Shown piece after piece: positions 55,424 to 63,850 of a stretch of 64,000 nt of DNA. The position numbers and the translations under genes were made by a program. The notes under the pieces are model-generated. The model was given only the letters and a program-made list of their open reading frames with translations, did not search any database and was not told the DNA's origin. Source of the stretch: Clostridiales bacterium (GTDB lineage: Bacteria; Bacillota; Clostridia; Oscillospirales; CAG-382); contig JAEESG010000001.1 in the NCBI GenBank assembly GCA_016286245.1, forward strand, positions 460-64,459, given 5' to 3'. The stretch's first letter is position 1. Each line of letters opens with the position of its first letter.

Positions 55424-57682
55424 ATGAAGGTTCTGCATCTTATAAGCGGAGGAGACACGGGCGGCGCGAAAACGCACGTCTTTGCGCTTATGAATAAATT
55501 AAAAGACCTTGCCGACGTGAAAATCGTCTGCTTTATAAAGGGCGCCTTCTGGGATGAGCTTCAGGACGTCGGCGTAAAATGCGAGCTTATCGAGCAGAAA
55601 AACAGGCTCGATATGTCGGTAATAAAAAGACTTGTGGAAATCTGCGGCGAGGGCGTGGATATAATACACTGCCACGGCGCAAGGGCAAATTTCATAGGAG
55701 CAAGGCTCAAAAAGCGCGTGAATATTCCGATAATAACCACGATTCACAGTGATTTTCTGCTCGATTTCGACGGAATTTACAAGAAAATCGTGTATACGGG
55801 GCTCAACGTCGGCGCGCTGAAAAAATTCAAGTATTTCATCGGCGTTTCGTCGGATTTCAAGAATATGCTCATTTCGAGAAATTTTCGCCCCAACGCGATT
55901 TTCACCGTGTATAACGGCATGGACTATACCAAAACGCCGGAATACGTAAATAAAGAGGAATTTGCAAAGAGAATCGGCATAGACTACGACGAAAAATGCA
56001 CGTATATAGGAATTATCGGACGGCACGACTACGTAAAAGGGCACGACGTGTTCATAAACGCGGTAAAATACGTCTGCGAAAAATGCGAAAACGTAAAATT
56101 CATAATCGCCGGCGACGGCGGAAACAAAAAAGCGCTCGACGCGCTCTGCGAAAAAAACGGCGTATCCGATAAGGTCGTTTTCGCAGGCTTTGTAAAGGAC
56201 GTTTACAGCTTTATAAACTTTATAGATATAAATACGCTCACCTCCAGAAGCGAAAGCTTCCCGTACGTGCTGCTTGAGGGCGCCGCAATGGCAAAACCCA
56301 CGGTTTGCTCGGCGGTGGGCGGAATTCCCGACCTTGTAAGAGACGGACAGACGGGACTTCTCTTTGAGAACGAAAATTATAAGGAATTCGCCGAAAAACT
56401 CGTTTTTCTGATAAATAACAGGGATATAGCGGCGGTTTACGGAAACGCGCTCAAAACGCTTGCCGAGAACAGTTTTTCAGATTTGTCGCTTGCAAAAAAG
56501 CATATTGAAATCTATACGTCGGTCATAAACGACTATAAGGATGAAAAGCGGTACGACGCGGTGATTTCGGGCTATTACGGCTTCAAGAACAACGGCGACG
56601 AGGCGCTGCTTTCCGCGATAATCGATAATCTGAAGTTTTATAAGCCGGACGTAAGAATCTGCGTGCTTTCGGCAAAGCCGAAGGAGACGAGAATAAAGTA
56701 TTTTACCGACAGCGAGCCGAGATTCAACGCCTTTGCGCTCAAAAGGGCGATGAAAAATTCGAAAATGCTCATTTTCGGCGGAGGAAGCTTAATTCAGGAC
56801 GCAACGAGCTCAAAATCGCTTATGTATTACCTCTACGTGCTGAAAAAAGCGTTTGAGCAGAAAATAAAAGTGTTCGTTTACGCAAACGGTATAGGCCCTC
56901 TCAAAGACAAAAATCTCAAAAAGGCTAAACGCGCGCTGTCAGAAGCCGATTTTATAACGCTGCGCGACGAGCGGTCAATAGACGAGCTTGAAAGAATGGG
57001 TATCGACGTAAAGAACAGCAGAAACATAACGGTTACCGCAGACCCCGCGTTTACCATTTCGGCGTGCTCCGACGAAAAGGTAAGAGATCTGCTCGATAAG
57101 GAAAATATCCCGTTCGACGACCGCTTTTTGTGTATTTCCGTGAGAAAATGGCCGAAAAACGATGAGAAATTCAAGGAAAAAATCGCAAGCGCGGCTATTT
57201 ACGCGTATGAAAAATATTCGCTGACCCCGCTTCTTCTTCCCATGAGATTTCCGCACGACGTGGAGATTTCCGAAAGCATACTTGAAAAAATAAAAGAAAA
57301 GGGCGCGCCGTGCTTTATGATAAAGAACATGTACGACGCACCGGAGGTCATGGGTATTGTCAAAAAATGCGCGGCGGTGCTCGGAATGCGGCTTCACACG
57401 CTTATTTACGCGGCGTCTTCCGAGGTGCCGGTAATAGGACTCATTTACGACGCTAAGGTTTCGGGATTTCTCGAATACATAGGCCAGAGGCGGTATACCG
57501 ACGTTGAAAATATCGACGTTGAAAAAATTGAAAAATATATCGACGAAATAGCAACTAACAGGGAAAAAATCGCGTCCGAGCTTGCCGAAAAGAAAAATAT
57601 TCTTTTCGAAAAGGCGAGATTTAACGCAGAGCTTGCGGTGAAAATGCTTGAAAACAAGAATTTTGACGAAAGTGGAAAATGA
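55424..57682 (+). CDS. csaB: Fusion protein: N-terminal GT4 glycosyltransferase plus C-terminal polysaccharide pyruvyl transferase CsaB
   Basis: Residues 1 to about 370 are GT4-like (MKVLHLISGGDTGGAKTH...ESFPYVLLEGAAMAKP). Residues from about 375 to 752 are CsaB-like (ISGYYGFKNNGDEALLSAII...GMRLH). Confidence 0.85.
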   Translation: MKVLHLISGGDTGGAKTHVFALMNKLKDLADVKIVCFIKGAFWDELQDVGVKCELIEQKNRLDMSVIKRLVEICGEGVDIIHCHGARANFIGARLKKRVNIPIITTIHSDFLLDFDGIYKKIVYTGLNVGALKKFKYFIGVSSDFKNMLISRNFRPNAIFTVYNGMDYTKTPEYVNKEEFAKRIGIDYDEKCTYIGIIGRHDYVKGHDVFINAVKYVCEKCENVKFIIAGDGGNKKALDALCEKNGVSDKVVFAGFVKDVYSFINFIDINTLTSRSESFPYVLLEGAAMAKPTVCSAVGGIPDLVRDGQTGLLFENENYKEFAEKLVFLINNRDIAAVYGNALKTLAENSFSDLSLAKKHIEIYTSVINDYKDEKRYDAVISGYYGFKNNGDEALLSAIIDNLKFYKPDVRICVLSAKPKETRIKYFTDSEPRFNAFALKRAMKNSKMLIFGGGSLIQDATSSKSLMYYLYVLKKAFEQKIKVFVYANGIGPLKDKNLKKAKRALSEADFITLRDERSIDELERMGIDVKNSRNITVTADPAFTISACSDEKVRDLLDKENIPFDDRFLCISVRKWPKNDEKFKEKIASAAIYAYEKYSLTPLLLPMRFPHDVEISESILEKIKEKGAPCFMIKNMYDAPEVMGIVKKCAAVLGMRLHTLIYAASSEVPVIGLIYDAKVSGFLEYIGQRRYTDVENIDVEKIEKYIDEIATNREKIASELAEKKNILFEKARFNAELAVKMLENKNFDESGK

Positions 57683-57683
57683 T

Positions 57684-58592
57684 ATGACGGCATCGGAAAT
57701 TATCGTAAAAAAGAAGGCGTACGCGAAAATAAACCTCACGCTCGAAATTCTGGGAACAAGGCGCGGCGACGGCTACCACGACATATCGTCGGTCATGCAT
57801 AAAATTCCGCTCTGCGACGAGCTGGAAATAAGCGTAAATACGCTTTCGGACGAAAATAAAGTAAATCTTCGCACGCTCGGCAATAAAATCGACTGCGAAA
57901 TAAAGGATAACCTTGCATATAAGGCGGCGGACGCGTATCTTGAAAAATATTCGCAGAAGACGGGAAAGCACGTGGAAATATTTATTGAACTTACCAAAAA
58001 AATTCCGTCGGGAGCGGGACTTGCGGGCGGAAGCGCCGACGCTTCGGCGGTAATCGGGGGCTTGTATGACGCTCTCGGCACGCTTTGCGAAAAGGAGCTT
58101 TTCGATATCGCGCTTTCACTCGGAAGCGACGTGCCGTTCTGCCTTGCAAAGTCAAAATGCGCGCTGTGTACGGGCAGAGGCGAAATAATGAGCGAGCTTC
58201 CGCCTCTTGAAAACGCCTTTCTTTCGGTGATTTTTCCGTCCGAGCCGCTGATAACAAAGGGAATTTACGCGCAGTACGACGGCGAAAACGCCGACGACTA
58301 TTCAAAGGATTTGTCCGACAAAACGGCGCGCGCGTTGAAAACGGGCGCGGGCGCGCACGAAATTTTATCGTTTATGACAAACGATTTTCAAAATATCTGC
58401 GAGAAAAAATGCGCGGGTATAAAAAAAGCGCGCGAAAGCCTTTCGCAAGACGGTGCGAGGGCGATGATGACGGGAAGCGGGTCCGCCGTGTTCGGAATTT
58501 TTACGGATGAAAAAGCGTACGAAAAATCGGCGGGAAATACTTACGGGAAAAATTTTATAAGATTTGACCTCGGAAACCTTTCGGACTTTTAA
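57684..58592 (+). CDS. ispE: 4-(cytidine 5'-diphospho)-2-C-methyl-D-erythritol kinase
   Basis: AYAKINLTLEILG and the GHMP motif PSGAGLAGGSADA are present. The start was trimmed to the ATG at 57684. Confidence 0.93.
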   Translation: MTASEIIVKKKAYAKINLTLEILGTRRGDGYHDISSVMHKIPLCDELEISVNTLSDENKVNLRTLGNKIDCEIKDNLAYKAADAYLEKYSQKTGKHVEIFIELTKKIPSGAGLAGGSADASAVIGGLYDALGTLCEKELFDIALSLGSDVPFCLAKSKCALCTGRGEIMSELPPLENAFLSVIFPSEPLITKGIYAQYDGENADDYSKDLSDKTARALKTGAGAHEILSFMTNDFQNICEKKCAGIKKARESLSQDGARAMMTGSGSAVFGIFTDEKAYEKSAGNTYGKNFIRFDLGNLSDF

Positions 58593-58604
58593 GGGGAGAA
58601 ACAA

Positions 58605-59102
58605 GTGTTTAATCAGTTAACGCAAGTCGACATCAAAAAGATGAAGGACGAAATCGAATACAGAATAACGGTGTTAAGACCTCAGCTGTTAAAGGAGGTC
58701 GTGCGCACGCGCGCCTTCGGCGACCTTAGCGAAAACGCCGAATACCATATAGCAAAGCAGGAAAAGAACGCAAACGACAGAAGAATAAGGTTTTTGCAGA
58801 ATATGATAAAGACGGCGGAGGTTGTGGAGCTTACCGAAAACGAAAATATTTTAGGGCTTTTCGATACCGTAAAGGTTCTTGTAGAGGAAGACGATACAGA
58901 GGAAACGTACAGGATAGTAACGACAATGCGCGCCGACGCCATGGACGGCCGGATAAGCGGAGAATCCCCCGCAGGAAAGGCGCTTCTCGGGCACAAAAAG
59001 GGAGACAGGGTAAAAATCGAGGTAAATCCGCAGTACAGCTATTACGTAAAGATTCTTGAAATAATAAAGGGAACCGACGACGAAGACATCGAGATAAGAT
59101 AA
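58605..59102 (+). CDS. greA: Transcription elongation factor GreA
   Basis: The GDLSENAEYHIAKQE motif is present. 165 aa. GTG start after AAGGGGAG. Confidence 0.93.
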   Translation: MFNQLTQVDIKKMKDEIEYRITVLRPQLLKEVVRTRAFGDLSENAEYHIAKQEKNANDRRIRFLQNMIKTAEVVELTENENILGLFDTVKVLVEEDDTEETYRIVTTMRADAMDGRISGESPAGKALLGHKKGDRVKIEVNPQYSYYVKILEIIKGTDDEDIEIR

Positions 59103-59103
59103 T

Positions 59104-59940
59104 TTACAAAAGCACGCTTCTCGCAAAACACGAAACGGAGTCGGCAAGGGACTTTTTGTAGATAATGCTCGTCTTTTCGAGGCTTGATACGGTAACGTAT
59201 CCGCAGGAGGCGCTTGCGTGCACGAATTCCCCGTCGCCGATATAAAGTCCCATGTGCCCCTTGAAATATATAAGGTCGGCGGGAAGCAGCTCGCTTTTTC
59301 CTATTTCCGAGACATAGCGCGAGTCGGGGAAGGAATCCCTGAAAATCGTAATGCCGTTCATAAAATACGACATAAAGCACAGTCCCGAACAGTCTATGCC
59401 GCACGGCGATTTTCCGCCCCAGCGGTACGGCGTTCCGACGTAGGAAAGCGCGTCGTCGCAAATCCGTTTTCTTGCCGCGGATTTGTTTTTTATTATTCCG
59501 GAAGAACTTTTATACGTATTATACGGCCTTACGCAAGATGACGGAACGTAGCATCTGCGTTTGTTGAAGGAAACGCACAGAAATCTGTCGTTTTCGACTT
59601 TTTTGTGATTTGAAAACACGAGGCTTCCTTTGGGCAGCGTTGTTATGGGGCGCCTTTTGTATTCGGGAAAGGGGAGCACGTCGCAGGCGCATGACGACAC
59701 GACGTATGTGAAAATGCAGTCGTCGGAATCTTCGCGCGACACGCTTTTGTCCCTTATGTAGCCGGAATATCCGTAGGAGGTTTCGCAGCGGTAGAAGGAA
59801 TCGTGCGTCTTTTCGGAGATAAGCCTGAATTTCGTGCCGTAAAGAAGCTCGTCGGCGAGTTCGCTTTTTGAATCGGGATAGGTATAAAGATAGACGGACG
59901 GGTATTTTACCGTAAAATATTCGTTTTGCATAGCACGCAT
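59104..59940 (-). CDS. NlpC/P60 (C40) peptidoglycan hydrolase with N-terminal SH3-like repeats
   Basis: GTPYRWGGKSPCGIDCSGL and HMGLYIGDGEFVHAS motifs are present. The start may instead be the ATG at 59931. Confidence 0.88.
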   Translation of the reverse strand: MRAMQNEYFTVKYPSVYLYTYPDSKSELADELLYGTKFRLISEKTHDSFYRCETSYGYSGYIRDKSVSREDSDDCIFTYVVSSCACDVLPFPEYKRRPITTLPKGSLVFSNHKKVENDRFLCVSFNKRRCYVPSSCVRPYNTYKSSSGIIKNKSAARKRICDDALSYVGTPYRWGGKSPCGIDCSGLCFMSYFMNGITIFRDSFPDSRYVSEIGKSELLPADLIYFKGHMGLYIGDGEFVHASASCGYVTVSSLEKTSIIYKKSLADSVSCFARSVLL

Positions 59941-60024
59941 CCTTTTTGTTTTTTACAATATATGAAAATAACGGAAAAATAATGACGCAGCCCGCGCAAT
60001 AATAAATTTTGACCAATGAAGTTG

Positions 60025-60053
60025 TTGAAAAATAAATATATATATGATATAAT
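60025..60053 (+). promoter_or_regulatory. Candidate sigmaA promoter of the HTH-hisS-aspS unit
   Basis: TTGAAA (60025-60030), 17 nt spacer, TGaTATAAT (-10 at 60048-60053). Confidence 0.6.
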
Positions 60054-60094
60054 ATTTTGATTAAAAAGTGAGGCATCGTTTTGCGGAGGAAAAA

Positions 60095-60460
60095 ATGAAA
60101 AAAACGAAGAATTTCAATAAAAAAATATTCGCGCTGCTCATCGAAAAAGCAAAGGGCGAGCGCACGACAAAGCAATTCGCAAACGACTGTAAAATAAGCT
60201 ACGTTCAGCTTCACAAGCTCGAGCTTTCAAATCAGGAAAACGCGCCGGGAATAAAACTTATGACAAAGCTTGCCAACAACAGCGCCGGCGGAATCGAGCT
60301 TGAGGACTACCTGCTCGCGGCAGGGTACGGGAATGGCGAAAAAAGCGAAAGCGTCAAAAAGAAATCGTTTAACATACAGGAAATGTACGATAATCTTTCG
60401 TCGAGCCAGCAGAAAACGGTATACGATTTTATCGATTTTCTTTTGAACAAGAGCCTGTAA
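60095..60460 (+). CDS. XRE-family helix-turn-helix protein
   Basis: FALLIEKAKGERTTKQFANDCKISYVQLHKLE is the HTH. The start was trimmed to the ATG at 60095 after GCGGAGGA. Confidence 0.75.
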   Translation: MKKTKNFNKKIFALLIEKAKGERTTKQFANDCKISYVQLHKLELSNQENAPGIKLMTKLANNSAGGIELEDYLLAAGYGNGEKSESVKKKSFNIQEMYDNLSSSQQKTVYDFIDFLLNKSL

Positions 60461-60480
60461 TAATCGAAAAGGAGAAAAAT

Positions 60481-61749
60481 ATGTTTCAGAAACCGAAAGG
60501 AACGCTTGATATCCTTCCTGAGGAAACCGCCTTGTGGCAAAGCATGGAGGAAACAATAAGAAAGGCATGCGAAAACGCGGGCTTTAATGAAATAAGAATC
60601 CCCACGTTCGAGCTTGCGGGCGTGTATAAAAGAGGCGTGGGCGCGACGACCGACATCGTGCAGAAGGAGATGTTCACGCTGTACGACAAGGGCGACAACG
60701 TTGAAATGTGCCTTCGTCCCGAGGGAACGGCGGGCGTCGTGAGAAGCGTCGTCGAGAACGGACTTTTCAACGAGGCGCTGCCGCTCAAGCTTTATTATAT
60801 AGGCCCGTTTTTCAGATACGAAAAACCGCAGGCGGGCAGAAGCCGCGAATTTTACCAGTTCGGAACGGAGCTTTTCGGCGCGCAGAGCGCAAGCGCCGAC
60901 GCGTCGGTAATTGCGCTTGCCGCGGACGTTCTCGAAAAAATCGGCATAGATTCGGAGCTCAATATAAATTCGATAGGCTGTAAGGAATGCAGGCCGAAAT
61001 ACAGAAAAGCGCTGTGCGACTATTTTGAGAGCAGAAAAGACGAGCTTTGCGACTCGTGTAAGGAAAGACTCAAAACCAATCCGCTTCGAATACTTGACTG
61101 CAAGAGCAAGGTCTGCAAAGCCGTTGCGGAAAACGCGCCGAAAACGGTCGATTTTCTGTGCGAAGACTGCAAAACGCACTTTGAAACCCTGAAAACAGGG
61201 CTTAATCTTATGAACATAAAATACACGGTCAACCCGAAAATAGTAAGAGGCCTTGACTACTACGTGCGCACGGTGTTTGAGTTCGTGTCGGACGACATAG
61301 GCGCGCAGAGCACCGTCTGCGGAGGCGGAAGATACGACGGACTTGTTTCGGAGCTCGGAGGCCCCGACCTTTGCGGAATAGGCTTCGGAATGGGACTGAC
61401 AAGACTTGTTCTTGCGCTGAAAGCAAAGGAACGGGAAGGTAAAATTTCGCTTCCGAAGGCAAAAGCGCCGAAAATATATATCGCTTCAATGGGGGAAAGA
61501 GCGGCGCAGTTTGCACTGGGGATGACGGAAGTTCTGAGAAAAAAGGGCATATATGCCGAGTGCGACCTTTGCGAAAGAAGTCTTAAAGCGCAGATGAAAT
61601 ATGCCGACAAGACGGGTGCGAAATACGTTCTCGTGATAGGAGACAACGAGCTTGACGAAGGAAGCGCGGAGCTTAAAAACATGGCGGACAAAGAGGATCG
61701 CAGAATAATAAAACTTGACGAAATATCGGATATAATCGAAAGGATATGA
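60481..61749 (+). CDS. hisS: Histidine--tRNA ligase
   Basis: Class II motifs MFQKPKGTLDILP, LRPEGT and YYIGPFFRYEKPQAGRSREFYQ are present. Confidence 0.97.
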   Translation: MFQKPKGTLDILPEETALWQSMEETIRKACENAGFNEIRIPTFELAGVYKRGVGATTDIVQKEMFTLYDKGDNVEMCLRPEGTAGVVRSVVENGLFNEALPLKLYYIGPFFRYEKPQAGRSREFYQFGTELFGAQSASADASVIALAADVLEKIGIDSELNINSIGCKECRPKYRKALCDYFESRKDELCDSCKERLKTNPLRILDCKSKVCKAVAENAPKTVDFLCEDCKTHFETLKTGLNLMNIKYTVNPKIVRGLDYYVRTVFEFVSDDIGAQSTVCGGGRYDGLVSELGGPDLCGIGFGMGLTRLVLALKAKEREGKISLPKAKAPKIYIASMGERAAQFALGMTEVLRKKGIYAECDLCERSLKAQMKYADKTGAKYVLVIGDNELDEGSAELKNMADKEDRRIIKLDEISDIIERI

Positions 61750-61753
61750 TATT

Positions 61754-63535
61754 ATGGCGGAATTTTTGGGAAATTCAAAGAGGACCGATTACTGCGGAGA
61801 CGTTCGCGACGGACATATAGGAAAAAACGTTACCGTAATGGGCTGGGTACAGAAGACGAGAAACCTCGGCAGCCTTATTTTCACGGATTTGCGCGACAGA
61901 ACGGGAATCGTTCAGCTCGCGTACGACGAAAACACCGAAAAAGCGCTGTTTGAGAAGGCGTCGACGGTGAGAAGCGAGTACGTGCTTTGCGCAAGCGGAG
62001 TCGTTCGCGAGAGGGACAGTAAAAATGCGAATATCCCGACGGGAAACGTCGAAATATACGTAAACGAACTCAAAATCCTCGCGGAGTCCCAGACGCCGCC
62101 GTTCGACATCGTCGAAAACTGCAAGGCGAACGAGGAATTAAGGCTTAAATACCGCTATCTCGACCTGCGGCGCCCCGACCTTATGAAAAATATTCTCATG
62201 CGCCATAAGCTCGCAAAGGTTACGCGCGATTATTTCGATAAAAACGGATTTATCGAAATCGAAACGCCGATTCTCATAAAGTCCACGCCCGAGGGCGCGA
62301 GAGACTACCTCGTGCCAAGCCGCGTGCATAAGGGCTCGTTTTATGCGCTTCCGCAGTCGCCGCAGCTTTATAAGCAGCTTTCCATGGTTGCGGGATTCGA
62401 CAGATATATGCAGATTGCAAGGTGCTTCCGCGACGAAGATTTAAGGGCCGACAGACAGCCGGAATTTACGCAGATAGACCTTGAAATGTCGTTCGTGGAA
62501 ATGGAGGACGTGCTGTCTGTTGGCGAAGGCTACATGAAGACGGTGTTCAAGGAAATTCTGGATAAGGATATAACGCTGCCGCTTCCGAGACTTACCTATA
62601 AGGACGCAATGGAGAGATTCGGCAGCGACAAGCCGGATATAAGATACGGCATGGAAATCGTCGACATCGCGGACGAAGTGAAGGACTGCGGTTTCGGAGT
62701 GTTCACGTCGGCGCTTGCGCAAAACGGCGCCGTAAGGGCGATAAAGGCTGAAAACTGCGCCGAAATCTTAACGAGAAAAGAAATAGACAAGCTCACCGAA
62801 TACGTAAAGGGCATAGGCGCAAAAGGGCTTGCTTATATAAGGTGGACGAAAGAGGGAGTTTCGTCGTCGTTTGCAAAGTTCATGACGGAAGACGAAATGA
62901 AAGGAATAATCGAAAAGACGGGCGCAAAAGAGGGCGACGTCGTATTCATTATCGCCGACACCAACAAAAACAAGGCGCTGTCCCAGCTCGGCGCGCTCAG
63001 AACGGAAGTGTCAAACAGAATCGGCGTCGAAAAGAAGGGCATCGGCCTTTTGTGGATAACGGAGTTCCCGTTCTTCGAATTTGACGAGGAGGCGGGAGAA
63101 TGGGTTGCCATGCACCACCCGTTTACTTCTCCGCTCGACGAGTGCCTCGAATATCTTGAGACGGACAAATCGAAGGTCAGAGCAAAGGCGTACGACCTCG
63201 TGCTCAACGGAATCGAGCTTTCCAGCGGCTCCATAAGAATTACGAATCCCGAGCTTCAGAGCAGGATTTTCGACCTGCTCGGGCTTTCCAAAGAGGAAGC
63301 GTACGAGAAATTCGGCTACCTGCTCGACGCTTTCAAGTACGGCGCGCCGCCGCACGGAGGCATGGGAATCGGCCTTGACAGGCTTTGCATGCAGCTTTTC
63401 GAGTGCGACAGCCTGCGCGACGTCATAGCGTATCCGAAGGTACAGAACGCATCGGAACTGATGACCTCGTGTCCCGCGCCCGTTGACGAAAAAACGCTCG
63501 CGGAACTCGGAATTAAAACGGTTGAAAACAAATAA
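61754..63535 (+). CDS. aspS: Aspartate--tRNA ligase
   Basis: 593 aa. FRDEDLRADRQPEFTQID and GGMGIGLDR motifs are present. Confidence 0.97.
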   Translation: MAEFLGNSKRTDYCGDVRDGHIGKNVTVMGWVQKTRNLGSLIFTDLRDRTGIVQLAYDENTEKALFEKASTVRSEYVLCASGVVRERDSKNANIPTGNVEIYVNELKILAESQTPPFDIVENCKANEELRLKYRYLDLRRPDLMKNILMRHKLAKVTRDYFDKNGFIEIETPILIKSTPEGARDYLVPSRVHKGSFYALPQSPQLYKQLSMVAGFDRYMQIARCFRDEDLRADRQPEFTQIDLEMSFVEMEDVLSVGEGYMKTVFKEILDKDITLPLPRLTYKDAMERFGSDKPDIRYGMEIVDIADEVKDCGFGVFTSALAQNGAVRAIKAENCAEILTRKEIDKLTEYVKGIGAKGLAYIRWTKEGVSSSFAKFMTEDEMKGIIEKTGAKEGDVVFIIADTNKNKALSQLGALRTEVSNRIGVEKKGIGLLWITEFPFFEFDEEAGEWVAMHHPFTSPLDECLEYLETDKSKVRAKAYDLVLNGIELSSGSIRITNPELQSRIFDLLGLSKEEAYEKFGYLLDAFKYGAPPHGGMGIGLDRLCMQLFECDSLRDVIAYPKVQNASELMTSCPAPVDEKTLAELGIKTVENK

Positions 63536-63539
63536 TAAA

Positions 63540-63575
63540 AAAGCGCCCTTTGCGAAAGCAAAGGGCGCTTTTTCT
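63540..63575 (+). terminator. Rho-independent terminator of hisS-aspS
   Basis: GCGCCCTTTGC-gaaa-GCAAAGGGCGC followed by TTTTTCTTTT. Confidence 0.9.
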
Positions 63576-63647
63576 TTTAACATTTTATTCAAAGTTTGTC
63601 GATTATATGGTATTATAATTATATTAAATATTATATATTGATTTTAC

Positions 63648-63850
63648 TGGTACTTTTTCGCGAAAAAGTACCAAAAAGTTCCCGCTTTCTTGAAAGAAAG
63701 CGGGGCAAAGAACTTTCAAATTTTTATGTTTTAGGTGTGGTTTCTCTGCACAAGTGCGGCTGTTTGCAAAATAAATCTTTTTACGTACTTTTCTCCCGCA
63801 AGAAAAGTACCAAAAGTGCTCCCTCTTTCTTGAAAAGAAAGAGGGGTAAA
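63648..63850. repeat. Hairpin repeat cluster C, made of two tandem H1-H2 units. The first unit is GTACTTTTTCGCGAAAAAGTAC (63650-63671) followed by CCGCTTTC-ttgaaa-GAAAGCGG and CAAAGAAC (63681-63717). The second is GTACTTTTCT-cccgca-AGAAAAGTAC (63785-63810) followed by CCCTCTTTCTT-gaaa-AGAAAGAGGG and TAAAGAAT (63821-63853).
   Basis: Read directly. The units are homologous to clusters A and B. The region lies in a non-coding tail of more than 400 bp at the window end. Confidence 0.85.
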
